DNA of 27,561 bases from Acidobacteriota bacterium (lineage in GTDB: Bacteria; Acidobacteriota; UBA6911; JACQSX01): positions 1 through 27,561 of the forward strand of contig DASXQR010000039.1 in NCBI GenBank assembly GCA_036507075.1, in the 5' to 3' direction. Shown here one piece after another: positions 17,137 to 26,199 of the stretch. The notes beneath the pieces are model-generated. The model saw only the letters and a program-made list of their open reading frames with translations, ran no database searches and was not told the origin of the DNA. Within the stretch, counting starts at the first letter, position 1; each line of letters starts with the position of its first letter. The translations under genes were made by a program, and so were the position numbers.

Positions 17137-19668
17137 ATGAGATCCGACCAGACAGACAGACCCACACCGATTCTTCGCGTCGATCTCGCTTTCTTGGCTT
17201 GCGTCGTCTCAGCGCTCATGTTTACTCACGTTTGGTGCCAGACGCAACAGAACGACACGACGCAAACACAGCAAAAGAACGCCGAGGCAAAAAAACCGCC
17301 CCTCCTGCTGCAGAGAATTCAGGCAAGCTTTGAAATCGGCGGCCAGACTCGTGATACCCAGGGAGGCCATCCCGCTAAGTTCCAGGAAGCGCGAGATGTT
17401 CCAAAAGGATTGTATGTCCAGAAATTGAGCCTGGACTTCCGCTCAGACGATTCTCCTTACTTTGTCTCATTGAGAGGATTTGAGATTCGCGAGCTTGACC
17501 AGCGTTTCAAGGTGGACGTAGGGAGGTTTGGAAAATATCGAACTCAATTTGTCTGGGACCAGGTCCCTCATTCCTTCGGCAGCGGAAGATACTTTTTTCA
17601 GAGGACGGCGCCGGGGATCTATCAAGTCAGCCCGACGCTGCGAGCGCGCCTGCAGGCCGCCACAACACCAGACACGGCGCCAATCGCTCCAAACGCCGAA
17701 TTGCCCACGATAGTTCGCCAGGAGCTGCAGACTGCAGCAATCACCGATGTGCGGCTCCGCCGGGATCAAGCCCTGTTAAAGCAGGACTACTGGGCCTCGG
17801 ATAATGTGGAATTACATTTTCAGTTGAGCCGGCTGCGCAATCGTGGATCGCGGCCCATCTCCGCGGGCACATTTGTCCGGCGACCCGGCCCTGCTCCCGC
17901 TCGGGACGGTTTGTGGGAGGGGCTGGGCCAGGAGCTGCCGGAGCCTATCGACCATCGGACGACGGATTTAAATTTGGGCACGCAGTTTTCGGGCAAACAA
18001 TGGAACGCCGGCGTGGATTACGACCTTTCTCTATTCCGCAACCATATCGGGACGCTGCTTTGGGAAAACCCGTTTCGGATCACCGACGAGCAAGGAATTG
18101 GAGCCACGAATAGATTCCGCATGGTTCGATGGCAGACCGATCTCGCTCCAAACAATAATTCTCACAGCGTCAGTTTTCGTGGAAATGTGGACCTGACGCG
18201 CCAAACGCAATTGCGCGGGCTGCTCTCGCTGGCGTACTGGACACAGAATGACGATTTCCTCCCTTGGACGCTAAACACAGCCATTGTGCCAAAAAGTTGG
18301 AATGCGGCTACTCCAATTGACAAGCCCACCGATGTAAACTCCCTTCCGGCGCGCAGTCTGAACGGGAAGATGCGAAACGTCAATCAGGACTATGCCCTCG
18401 TCAACCGCGCGAAGAACTTCCGCTTCCAACTCCAGTACCGTTCGCAGGACCTGAACAATCAAACACGCACCATTGAGTTTCCTGGATATGGCGCATTTGG
18501 CGATTCAACATGGCGCACGGCCGCCACCGATTTCTTCGGATTGCCGATAGAGAACCCCGATCAGTCCTTTACCCGGCAGAATACCACGGCGGGATTTCAG
18601 TGGGATATTCTGCCGCGGCTCACCTGGAAACTTGATTATGGGTGGGAGATTTGGAACCGTAATTTACGGGATGCGAACCGTACCAACGAACACAGCATCC
18701 GCGGCCGGTTGGATCTAACTCCCGGCGCAGGCATCCAGCTTAAAGCAGACTACCGTTACTCGGACCGACGCCCGCGATCCTACAACACCCAGCCATTGTC
18801 TTTTAATCCCGCTTTCGCCGGGTCCCCCGCGAATGGTCCCCAAGGGGCCTGGGAAGTAACTCCAAACACCCGTTTCGAGAGAGGCGTTCCAACTGAGTTC
18901 AACCTCCTTCGCCGGTTTGATGAGTCAGGTCGCATCCGAAACGATGGAAGCCTTTCGATCGATGTGGTGAAGGGCGACAAAACGAATTTCTCAGCTTCCT
19001 ATCGATATCTGCGGGATGACCATGACAAGAATTTTTACGGACGCCACTATACCGTCCTCTCTTTCATCGACGCCCAGTTCTCGTACGCATCCGAGGGTGG
19101 AAGTTTCTTTTATGCGAACTATTCACGGGAGATGAACCGCCTTGGGTATCGGGGGCTTGCGCACTTGCTGATAGCCGCCGCCGCCCCTCCAGGCGTTATC
19201 GTTCAAGGCACTACTGCTCAATTCCCCATCGCCAACACTTGGGATCGCAGCAGCCGAAGTAACCTGGACAGTTTTCAATTCGGCATTAATTCGGCGGCAC
19301 AGGAAGGAAAGCTACAAGTGGATCTTTCCTACGCGCTCTCGTTTGCTCGCGACCGAATCGATACCGTAAATCCGTTCCCCATTCGGGCAGATTCAGTCCT
19401 TAATGCACAGGCGTTTCCTTATCCGGACACTCTGGTGCGGCGCCAGGACGTGAATATCGTCATTACGCGTCAGCTACACGAAGGGCTTGAGGTGGGCGCG
19501 CGTTACTGGTATGAACCATACACGCAGGATGACTTCAGCTTCAACGTTCTCCAACCCTACGTGCACGGAAATATCACAAGCGATGCTCCGAAATATCTCT
19601 TCCTGGATTCGCGTTATGCCAGCTACCACGCCAACGTGGCGACGGTGTTTCTGCGATACTCCTTTTAA
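17137..19668 (+). CDS. MtrB/PioB-family outer-membrane beta-barrel porin
   Basis: 843 aa, 9 nt downstream of the decaheme gene. Signal peptide, EPID..T, S.F.N...L.WENPF, amphipathic strands and C-terminal YSF. Confidence 0.9.
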   Translation: MRSDQTDRPTPILRVDLAFLACVVSALMFTHVWCQTQQNDTTQTQQKNAEAKKPPLLLQRIQASFEIGGQTRDTQGGHPAKFQEARDVPKGLYVQKLSLDFRSDDSPYFVSLRGFEIRELDQRFKVDVGRFGKYRTQFVWDQVPHSFGSGRYFFQRTAPGIYQVSPTLRARLQAATTPDTAPIAPNAELPTIVRQELQTAAITDVRLRRDQALLKQDYWASDNVELHFQLSRLRNRGSRPISAGTFVRRPGPAPARDGLWEGLGQELPEPIDHRTTDLNLGTQFSGKQWNAGVDYDLSLFRNHIGTLLWENPFRITDEQGIGATNRFRMVRWQTDLAPNNNSHSVSFRGNVDLTRQTQLRGLLSLAYWTQNDDFLPWTLNTAIVPKSWNAATPIDKPTDVNSLPARSLNGKMRNVNQDYALVNRAKNFRFQLQYRSQDLNNQTRTIEFPGYGAFGDSTWRTAATDFFGLPIENPDQSFTRQNTTAGFQWDILPRLTWKLDYGWEIWNRNLRDANRTNEHSIRGRLDLTPGAGIQLKADYRYSDRRPRSYNTQPLSFNPAFAGSPANGPQGAWEVTPNTRFERGVPTEFNLLRRFDESGRIRNDGSLSIDVVKGDKTNFSASYRYLRDDHDKNFYGRHYTVLSFIDAQFSYASEGGSFFYANYSREMNRLGYRGLAHLLIAAAAPPGVIVQGTTAQFPIANTWDRSSRSNLDSFQFGINSAAQEGKLQVDLSYALSFARDRIDTVNPFPIRADSVLNAQAFPYPDTLVRRQDVNIVITRQLHEGLEVGARYWYEPYTQDDFSFNVLQPYVHGNITSDAPKYLFLDSRYASYHANVATVFLRYSF

Positions 19669-19705
19669 CCCGAATTCGGAAATTCGATAGCTTCTGGAAG
19701 AATTG

Positions 19706-19846
19706 GCCGCTGATCTGCACGGAAAACACGGATTAGTATCGGGGTCGAGGGATGGGCTCCATAACTGCAGGGTGTCAGCTTCGCCGGGCATCGACGCCCA
19801 TCCCTCGACCCCGATACCATCAGCGTTGTCCGCGTAAATCGGCGGC
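19706..19846. repeat. Nested inverted repeat (family C) between convergent genes; possible bidirectional terminator
   Basis: Perfect 22-bp inverted repeat 19736-19757/19796-19817, inside imperfect outer arms (GCCGCTGATCTGCACGGAAAACACGGAT/ATCAGCGTTGTCCGCGTAAATCGGCGGC). Confidence 0.8.
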
Positions 19847-19888
19847 TAGTTCCTGCAGTTTGTGAATAATCCGGACTAGGCCCGGCGC

Positions 19889-20245
19889 TTACTTCTTGAG
19901 CGTTCGCACGTAGCCGATGACATTGTCGACATCGGCTGCCGAAAGCTCCTTGATCGCTTTCATCTTGCCGACGCCGTCAACAATCGCCTTCTTCATATCA
20001 TCGTCTTTCTTATCCTGCACTTCCTTGGAACCGAGATGTTTGAATTCGGCCTTCATAACCTTTGCCATCTTTGGATTGCCTTCCCCGGCGGCGGCATGGC
20101 ATATTTTGCACTTCTTGTCGTAGACAACTTTGCCGGCCTGGGTGTCGGCGCCGGCCATGGCAGTAACCGGGATACGCAAAATGGTGATCAACAGCATGGC
20201 AACCACGAAAGTTGCGGCGAAAATTACGATGTTTTGACGGTACAT
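19889..20245 (-). CDS. Small periplasmic monoheme cytochrome c (class I)
   Basis: Signal peptide, G..VY...CKICH, candidate distal Met in GVGKM, and C-terminal LS..DV..V..YV..L. Lys-rich. GGGAG RBS. Confidence 0.92.
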   Translation of the reverse strand: MYRQNIVIFAATFVVAMLLITILRIPVTAMAGADTQAGKVVYDKKCKICHAAAGEGNPKMAKVMKAEFKHLGSKEVQDKKDDDMKKAIVDGVGKMKAIKELSAADVDNVIGYVRTLKK

Positions 20246-20399
20246 GGATACTCCCTTTCTAAGAACTCAATGCTATAGAGTTAAAACGCCGGCCATATGG
20301 CTAAAAAGCTGTAATGCGCTCGCTCCCCATAGACCGCTATCAGGAATCGCCGAGAAAAATGCCCGGGCAAGCGCGCGGGCTCTTCGGATCTAACCATAC

Positions 20400-20927
20400 T
20401 CACTTTGCCTTCTTCATCGCTCGCTGCCGGACGGTCTTAAGAATATCCTCCTGGGTAGCCGGCAGGACGCTTACGAGCGCCAGGAAGTTACGCTTTCCAA
20501 GGGCAGCAACTTCTGCCTCGGTCACGGCGCGAATCGTGGCATTTCGGGGCTCGTTAGTCAGCAATGCCGTCTCTCCGAAGTACTCCCCCTTGCCCAGTCG
20601 CGCCACCACTGCCTCATCGCTCTCTCCGTCGCGCTGGCGGACGACTTCAACTTCTCCGCTGCGGATGAAATAGGCGCAGTCGCCGAGGTCTCCCTGCCGG
20701 ACGATCACATCGCCAGGAGAATAACGTTCGTATTCGAAAAGCCGATGCTGCTGGCGAAATTCATGGAACAAAGCACCGGCGATAATAGCGATCGATAAGA
20801 TAACCAGCACCGGCGCGAATGTCGCGAAAACAAACAAGGTTCCACCGGTCGTGTTCAGCTCAAACTGAAGGCCCATGCCGAGCGCCAGCAGGGTCAAGAG
20901 TAAAGCCACTGTAAGCCATCGCTTCAT
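20400..20927 (-). CDS. Membrane-anchored cyclic-nucleotide-binding domain protein (2 TM + cNMP domain)
   Basis: Two hydrophobic helices, then GDVIVRQGD.GD..Y.I.SG.VEV and phosphate-binding cassette YFGETALL...PRNATIRA. No HTH or enzyme domain. Confidence 0.88.
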   Translation of the reverse strand: MKRWLTVALLLTLLALGMGLQFELNTTGGTLFVFATFAPVLVILSIAIIAGALFHEFRQQHRLFEYERYSPGDVIVRQGDLGDCAYFIRSGEVEVVRQRDGESDEAVVARLGKGEYFGETALLTNEPRNATIRAVTEAEVAALGKRNFLALVSVLPATQEDILKTVRQRAMKKAK

Positions 20928-20962
20928 GGACTACCTGCGGACTCGAACCTTCGAATAGGTGT

Positions 20963-21667
20963 TCATAGTTTTTGTTGAATCGGATGGGCCGGATTCGCGA
21001 TGCCATGGCAATCCTGGCAGCCCATGCGTCCCGAATAAATCTCCGCAAGAGCGTCCGTGTGTTCGCTCACCGATCGAAATTTTACCGATTGGGCGTGGCA
21101 TTTCAGGCAATCTCCGTTCTCGTAAGGATGGCGCATCTTGATCGGTAATTTGTAGGTGCGGGTATAGTATTTGTATACGTCGACCATCCCCGCAGTTTTT
21201 GCCTCAAAGGTGCCGAATAAGCCGTAAGAAGTATGGCACTCGTAGCACTGGTTGCTGTGAATGTATTGATTTCGATAATGCATGGCAGCGAGGCCTTCGC
21301 TCTTTGAGTTTTTCATATCCTCTACGTACGCCTTCATGGTCAGATGGCACGTTGCGCAAAACTCAACGCGCTCGGCGCGCGTAAAGACAAGAAGCATCCC
21401 GGTTGACACAGCCAACAACGGCACCATCACGACAGAAGTGATGACCAGGCTTTTAAAGAAAGGCCCAAAAAACCGCCCTCGGATGACCTGAAACAAAGAA
21501 AGAAGCACCAGACCCAGGCCGATCACCAGTACCCACACGAGAAACCGGGATGCGAGGTATTCGACAGGATCGTGCTGGAAAGATTCCTTCGGATCCTGGG
21601 CATATCCCGGAACTCCAGCAAGAATGGCGAACAGAGCTGCGCGCAGGGCGGACTTCAGCCCGGTCAT
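20963..21667 (-). CDS. NapC/NirT/CymA-like membrane tetraheme cytochrome c (putative quinol dehydrogenase)
   Basis: Four CXXCH (CATCH, CYECH, CLKCH, CQDCH). TM helix directly before EFCATCHLTM, as in NapC/NirT. ATG 21667 with GGGAGA RBS. Confidence 0.82.
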   Translation of the reverse strand: MTGLKSALRAALFAILAGVPGYAQDPKESFQHDPVEYLASRFLVWVLVIGLGLVLLSLFQVIRGRFFGPFFKSLVITSVVMVPLLAVSTGMLLVFTRAERVEFCATCHLTMKAYVEDMKNSKSEGLAAMHYRNQYIHSNQCYECHTSYGLFGTFEAKTAGMVDVYKYYTRTYKLPIKMRHPYENGDCLKCHAQSVKFRSVSEHTDALAEIYSGRMGCQDCHGIANPAHPIQQKL

Positions 21668-21875
21668 TGGTGTTCTCCCGTTAAGAATTGGGGCAATAAT
21701 CGTCTGTTTACGATTAAGAGTCAAGAGACGTTACGGGTACGCGATTTTGTATCGTAATTTTGCCTGGGCCGGTCATAAATGCCATTTGTTTTCATCTTGA
21801 GACGTGAGGCCGCGGAGGTTATTCTCATTAAACAGTCGTGTTCGAAGCGGACTTTGCTTAGCCTTCAGTTGAACG

Positions 21876-23525
21876 ATGCCGAAAAGACAAATAATCGTTA
21901 TCGGGGGCGGTTTTGCGGGAGTCTTCACCGCCATGGAGCTGGAGAAGCGCCTTGGGCCTGAGGAGGCAAACATTTGTCTTGTGAACCGGGAAAATTACTT
22001 CGTTTATCAACCCATGTTGCCCGAAATCATTTCAGGTTCCATCGGTTTGACCGACACCGTTGTGCCTATTCGCGCGCTTTGCCCGCGCACCAATCTGGTA
22101 ATGCGTGAGGTTGAAGAGATCGATCTAAAGGCAAGAACCGTCACCGTCAGCCCTGGATTCCATCCGAGAGCAATAGTCATTCACTACGATCACCTGATAA
22201 TTGCGATGGGCGCGGTTCCTGATTTCGGCGGCCTCCCGGGTTTTGTAGAGCATGTAATGCCGTTTCGCACGCTCACGGACGCGCTCAGGCTGAGAAATCG
22301 GGTTATCTCCGCTCTGGAAGAAGCGGACATTGAACGCGATCCTGATCTGCGCCGCAAATTGCTCACGTTTGTCGTTGCCGGGGCTGGCTTCTCGGGTGTC
22401 GAAGTTATCGCCGAGCTGAATGATTTTGTAACGGGTGTTACACGGCATTTTCGGAATATTATTCCCCACCAGGTCCATTGTGTACTGGTCCACTCAGGCA
22501 AGCGGATTTTGCCCGAGATGGTTGAAAGCCTTGGCGTCTTTGCTCAAGATCAGCTCATCCGTCGCGGCGTGGAGATTATCCTTAATGACCGCCTTATAGC
22601 TGTGACTTCGGAAAAGGCCATTCTGAAATCAGGGCTGGAGATTCCCGCAAAGACGATTGTCTCTACGGTGCCCTCCACGATTGATCCGGTGCTCAAAGAA
22701 CTTGACTGTCCCAAGGAAACGGGACGTTTGGCTGTGGACAAGTACCTGCAACTAAGAGGATATGAAGGAGAAGTTTGGGCATTGGGAGACTGTGCCTTGG
22801 TCCCAACTGCTTCGGGCGGCTCCGCACCTCCCACCGCGCAGCATGCGGTGCGGGAAGCGAGAACAGCCGCAGAAAACATCTGCGCGCACATCCGAGGCCG
22901 GCCTTCACAGCCATTTGATTTTGAGGAGCTGGGGCGGCTCGGCTCGCTTGGACACCACTCGGCAGTCGCGGAGGTAATGGGTGTCCGGATTTCCGGGCTT
23001 GTCGCGTGGCTGTTGTGGAGATTTGTTTACCTGGCTAAAATGCCCGGACTTAATAGAAAGGTCCGTGTAGCCGCCGATTGGCTGATAGGGTTGGTGTTCC
23101 CGCCGGACTTCGTTCAATTGAAGATTGGAAGACCTCCGGGCATTACCGAACAGCACGTCGAACCGGGAGAGATTGTTTTTTATCAGGGCGACGTTGGCGA
23201 CAGTGTCTATGTGATTCAACAAGGTCAATGCGAGGTCCTGCGCACCCGAAAAGGAGTCCAGCAAAGAGTCGCCGTTTTGGGAACGGGCGATTACTTTGGC
23301 GAGATGGCAGTGCTTCACGACGCTTCGCGAAACGCCACCATTCGCGCGCTCTCGCCGTTGGATCTTCTGGTAATCGCCAAGAGAGACTTTCAGAAGCTGA
23401 AATCAAATATTCCGGCTTTCGCGAAAATATTCGATGACGTCGCGACCAAGAGAGCCGTGGCGGACGAAGCCGAAAAAGCGATGGGTGCCGCCAGTCCGAA
23501 CTCACCAACCAGCTTGACACCATAG
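21876..23525 (+). CDS. Type II NADH:quinone oxidoreductase (NDH-2) fused to a C-terminal cNMP-binding domain
   Basis: IIVIGGGFAG, YQPMLPE, YDHLIIAMG, FVVAGAGFSGVE, WALGDCA, PPTAQHA and AWLLWRFVYL..MP. Then GEIVFYQGD.GD..YVI..G and YFGEMAVL...SRNATIRA. Confidence 0.92.
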   Translation: MPKRQIIVIGGGFAGVFTAMELEKRLGPEEANICLVNRENYFVYQPMLPEIISGSIGLTDTVVPIRALCPRTNLVMREVEEIDLKARTVTVSPGFHPRAIVIHYDHLIIAMGAVPDFGGLPGFVEHVMPFRTLTDALRLRNRVISALEEADIERDPDLRRKLLTFVVAGAGFSGVEVIAELNDFVTGVTRHFRNIIPHQVHCVLVHSGKRILPEMVESLGVFAQDQLIRRGVEIILNDRLIAVTSEKAILKSGLEIPAKTIVSTVPSTIDPVLKELDCPKETGRLAVDKYLQLRGYEGEVWALGDCALVPTASGGSAPPTAQHAVREARTAAENICAHIRGRPSQPFDFEELGRLGSLGHHSAVAEVMGVRISGLVAWLLWRFVYLAKMPGLNRKVRVAADWLIGLVFPPDFVQLKIGRPPGITEQHVEPGEIVFYQGDVGDSVYVIQQGQCEVLRTRKGVQQRVAVLGTGDYFGEMAVLHDASRNATIRALSPLDLLVIAKRDFQKLKSNIPAFAKIFDDVATKRAVADEAEKAMGAASPNSPTSLTP

Positions 23526-23546
23526 CAAAAGGCCAGAACACACAAT

Positions 23547-25943
23547 ATGAGCAATTCGAACTTACGCGGCCCTGCCTTCGGACATCCTGGAATACCTCCG
23601 CGATGGACCTCAAGCTCCAAAGACGCGGTGGCTACTGCCTATTCCAGCGCCAGCCGAATCTGGTTCACTCTTTCGCACGGCATTCTCAACGAGGTCTACT
23701 ATCCCACGATTGATCGACCTCAGATCCGTGATTTGCAATTCCTGATCACTGACGGTGAGACTTTCTTTCATGAAGAGAGACGGGACCTGGAGTATAAAGT
23801 GAACCGCATCGAGCGGGACACTCTCGGGTACCGTATTGTCAACGCCGATCCGCAGGGACGGTATCGCATTACAAAGGAAATAATCTGTGACCCGCATGAT
23901 CCCTGCATCTTGATCCGGGTGCGGCTTGACGCCGAGGAGGGTTGGCGGAATCGCATTCAGCTTTACGCTTTACTGGCGCCTCATCTGGAAGGAAGCGGGT
24001 GGGGCAACTCTGCGCGGAGGCTTCATGCTGCGGGGATGGATCTGCTTGCAATTTGGAAGGGACGCACCTGGGCGACGTTCGGCTGCAACGTTGGTTTTAT
24101 CAAAACCTCCTGCGGATATGTCGGTTCCAGCGACGGCTGGCAGGACCTAAGCAGCAACCTTCAACTGGACTGGCAATTCGACAGCGCCGAAGACGGAAAC
24201 ATTGCCGTTATCGGGCAGATCGACGTTGCCGCTCACCAGGACTTCACGGTTGGACTCTCGTTCGGTGATGGCCTGCACGCCGCCCTTACAACCCTGATGC
24301 AGTCTCTCAGCATGCCTTTCGCCGAGCACCGGCGTCGATACATTGAACAATGGCACCGCGTCTACACCCATCTCGAAAACCTGGACGATTGTTCCTGTGA
24401 TGGAGGACGCATTTACCGCATTAGCTACAGCCTTCTATTGGCCCATCAGGACAAAACCTTCTCCGGCGCGATGATCGCATCTGCCAGCATCCCCTGGGGA
24501 GACGCAAAGGGCGATGAGGACCTGGGCGGTTACCACCTTGTTTGGACACGCGACATGGTGCAAAGCGCTACCGCTCTTCTGGCTTGCGGCGATGCGGTCA
24601 CGGCGCGCCGGGCCTTGGTATATCTTGCCTGCTCTCAATCTCGCGACGGCGGTTTTCCCCAGAACTTCTGGCTTGACGGGACACCTTATTGGAGAGGAAT
24701 CCAGCTCGATGAGGTTGCGTTTCCCGTGATCCTTGCGTGGCGATTGTGGAAGGCCGATGCGCTGGCCGAATTTGACCCGTATAAAATGGTCAAATCGGCA
24801 GCGGCATACCTGATTCGCCATGGGCCTGTGACACAGCAGGAAAGATGGGAAGAAAACAGCGGTTACTCGCCTTCGACTCTGGCTGCAAATATCGCTGCGC
24901 TGGTATGCGCTGCTGACTTTGCTCGATCGCGGGATGAGCTGAGCACAGCGTCTTTCATTGAAGCATATGCGGACTTCCTGGAATCCCACATCGAGCCCTG
25001 GACGGTGACAACACAGGGACCCTTGTTGGAAGGCGTGTCCCGGCACTACATTCGCATCCATCCGACTGAAGTCGATGATCAAGAGCCGACCGAGGATCCA
25101 AATGCAGGCATTCTCGAAATTCGAAACCAAGCCCCGGGAGAACGCCGCCATTTTCCAGCCCGGGAGATAATCGACGCGGGGTTTCTGGAACTGGTGCGTT
25201 ACGGCATCCGTAGACCTGGAGATCCACTGATCGAAGATTCACTTCGGGTCGTCGACGCTGTTTTGAAAGTCGAGACTCCCTTTGGGCCATGCTGGAAGCG
25301 TTACAACCATGACGGTTATGGAACACGCGCCGACGGTGGACCTTTTCAGGGTTTTGGTCAGGGGCGGCCCTGGCCGCTGTTAACCGGCGAGCGCGCTCAC
25401 TATGAGCTGGCGGCAGGCCGGGATGTGATGCCGTACGTGCGGGCCCTCGAGAGCTTCGCTTCCAAAGGCGGCATGCTTCCCGAGCAGATATGGGATGAAC
25501 CGGATCGACGCGACGTTCGGATGCACCTGGGAAGACCGGCGGGCGCAGCCATGCCTCTGATGTGGGCACACGCGGAATACATCAAGCTGCTCCGGTCGAT
25601 GGCATGCGGCGAGATCTTTGATCTGATTCCGGCAGTGGCGCAGCGCTACCGCACGACGAAAGAGCGTCAAAAGTGGGAGGTCTGGAAATTCAATCGCAGG
25701 CCACGCCGGATTTTTCTCGGGCAGACTCTGCGAATCCAGGCGGATGCGCCCTTTCGGCTGCGGTGGACAGCGGACGACTGGCTGCATTTGCAGGATACGC
25801 CCTCAGAATCCAGCGGCCTGGGAATTCATTTTGGGGACCTGAGCACGTCGAAAGAACAAACCGCCCCGCTGCGTTTCACATTCTTTTGGACGGAACGCAA
25901 TCAGTGGGAGGGTCGCGATTACAAGATTGACGTCGTTAAGTAA
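23547..25943 (+). CDS. Glycoside hydrolase family 15 glucoamylase/glucodextranase-like protein
   Basis: Motifs WFTLSHGILNEVYYP, IASASIPWG, GGYHLVWTRD, QLDE, QERWEE, RYNHDGYG, PEQIWD and PLMWAHAEY. No signal peptide. Confidence 0.92.
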   Translation: MSNSNLRGPAFGHPGIPPRWTSSSKDAVATAYSSASRIWFTLSHGILNEVYYPTIDRPQIRDLQFLITDGETFFHEERRDLEYKVNRIERDTLGYRIVNADPQGRYRITKEIICDPHDPCILIRVRLDAEEGWRNRIQLYALLAPHLEGSGWGNSARRLHAAGMDLLAIWKGRTWATFGCNVGFIKTSCGYVGSSDGWQDLSSNLQLDWQFDSAEDGNIAVIGQIDVAAHQDFTVGLSFGDGLHAALTTLMQSLSMPFAEHRRRYIEQWHRVYTHLENLDDCSCDGGRIYRISYSLLLAHQDKTFSGAMIASASIPWGDAKGDEDLGGYHLVWTRDMVQSATALLACGDAVTARRALVYLACSQSRDGGFPQNFWLDGTPYWRGIQLDEVAFPVILAWRLWKADALAEFDPYKMVKSAAAYLIRHGPVTQQERWEENSGYSPSTLAANIAALVCAADFARSRDELSTASFIEAYADFLESHIEPWTVTTQGPLLEGVSRHYIRIHPTEVDDQEPTEDPNAGILEIRNQAPGERRHFPAREIIDAGFLELVRYGIRRPGDPLIEDSLRVVDAVLKVETPFGPCWKRYNHDGYGTRADGGPFQGFGQGRPWPLLTGERAHYELAAGRDVMPYVRALESFASKGGMLPEQIWDEPDRRDVRMHLGRPAGAAMPLMWAHAEYIKLLRSMACGEIFDLIPAVAQRYRTTKERQKWEVWKFNRRPRRIFLGQTLRIQADAPFRLRWTADDWLHLQDTPSESSGLGIHFGDLSTSKEQTAPLRFTFFWTERNQWEGRDYKIDVVK

Positions 25944-26108
25944 CAAGTTGGCAATTTCTTTCGATAAGATTTCAGAAAACATCCAATAACGTCAACGTCG
26001 ACATTTATCCGTCTACGACCACGTCACGCCTGTCCAAATTAGCTTCAGGATTACAAGAAGAAGGGCGTGTTGCCCAAATCGGAACAGAATGGAGGCGGCC
26101 ACATTCTG

Positions 26109-26199
26109 TTCACCGCAGAGGCGCCGAGAACGCCAAGTTTCGCTGAGGTTGTGATGCAACTCTGCGGAAACTCTGCGTTCTTTGCGGCTCTGCGGTGAA
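26109..26199. repeat. Repeat family B inverted-repeat element
   Basis: TTCACCGCAGAG...CTCTGCGGTGAA perfect 12-bp termini with imperfect inner arms. Confidence 0.75.

Noticed and set aside
19859..19879. TTGTGAATAATCCGGACTAG as a Rex box or IS end
   Set aside because: Only a half-site for Rex, located between convergent 3' ends, and no partner or transposase in the window.
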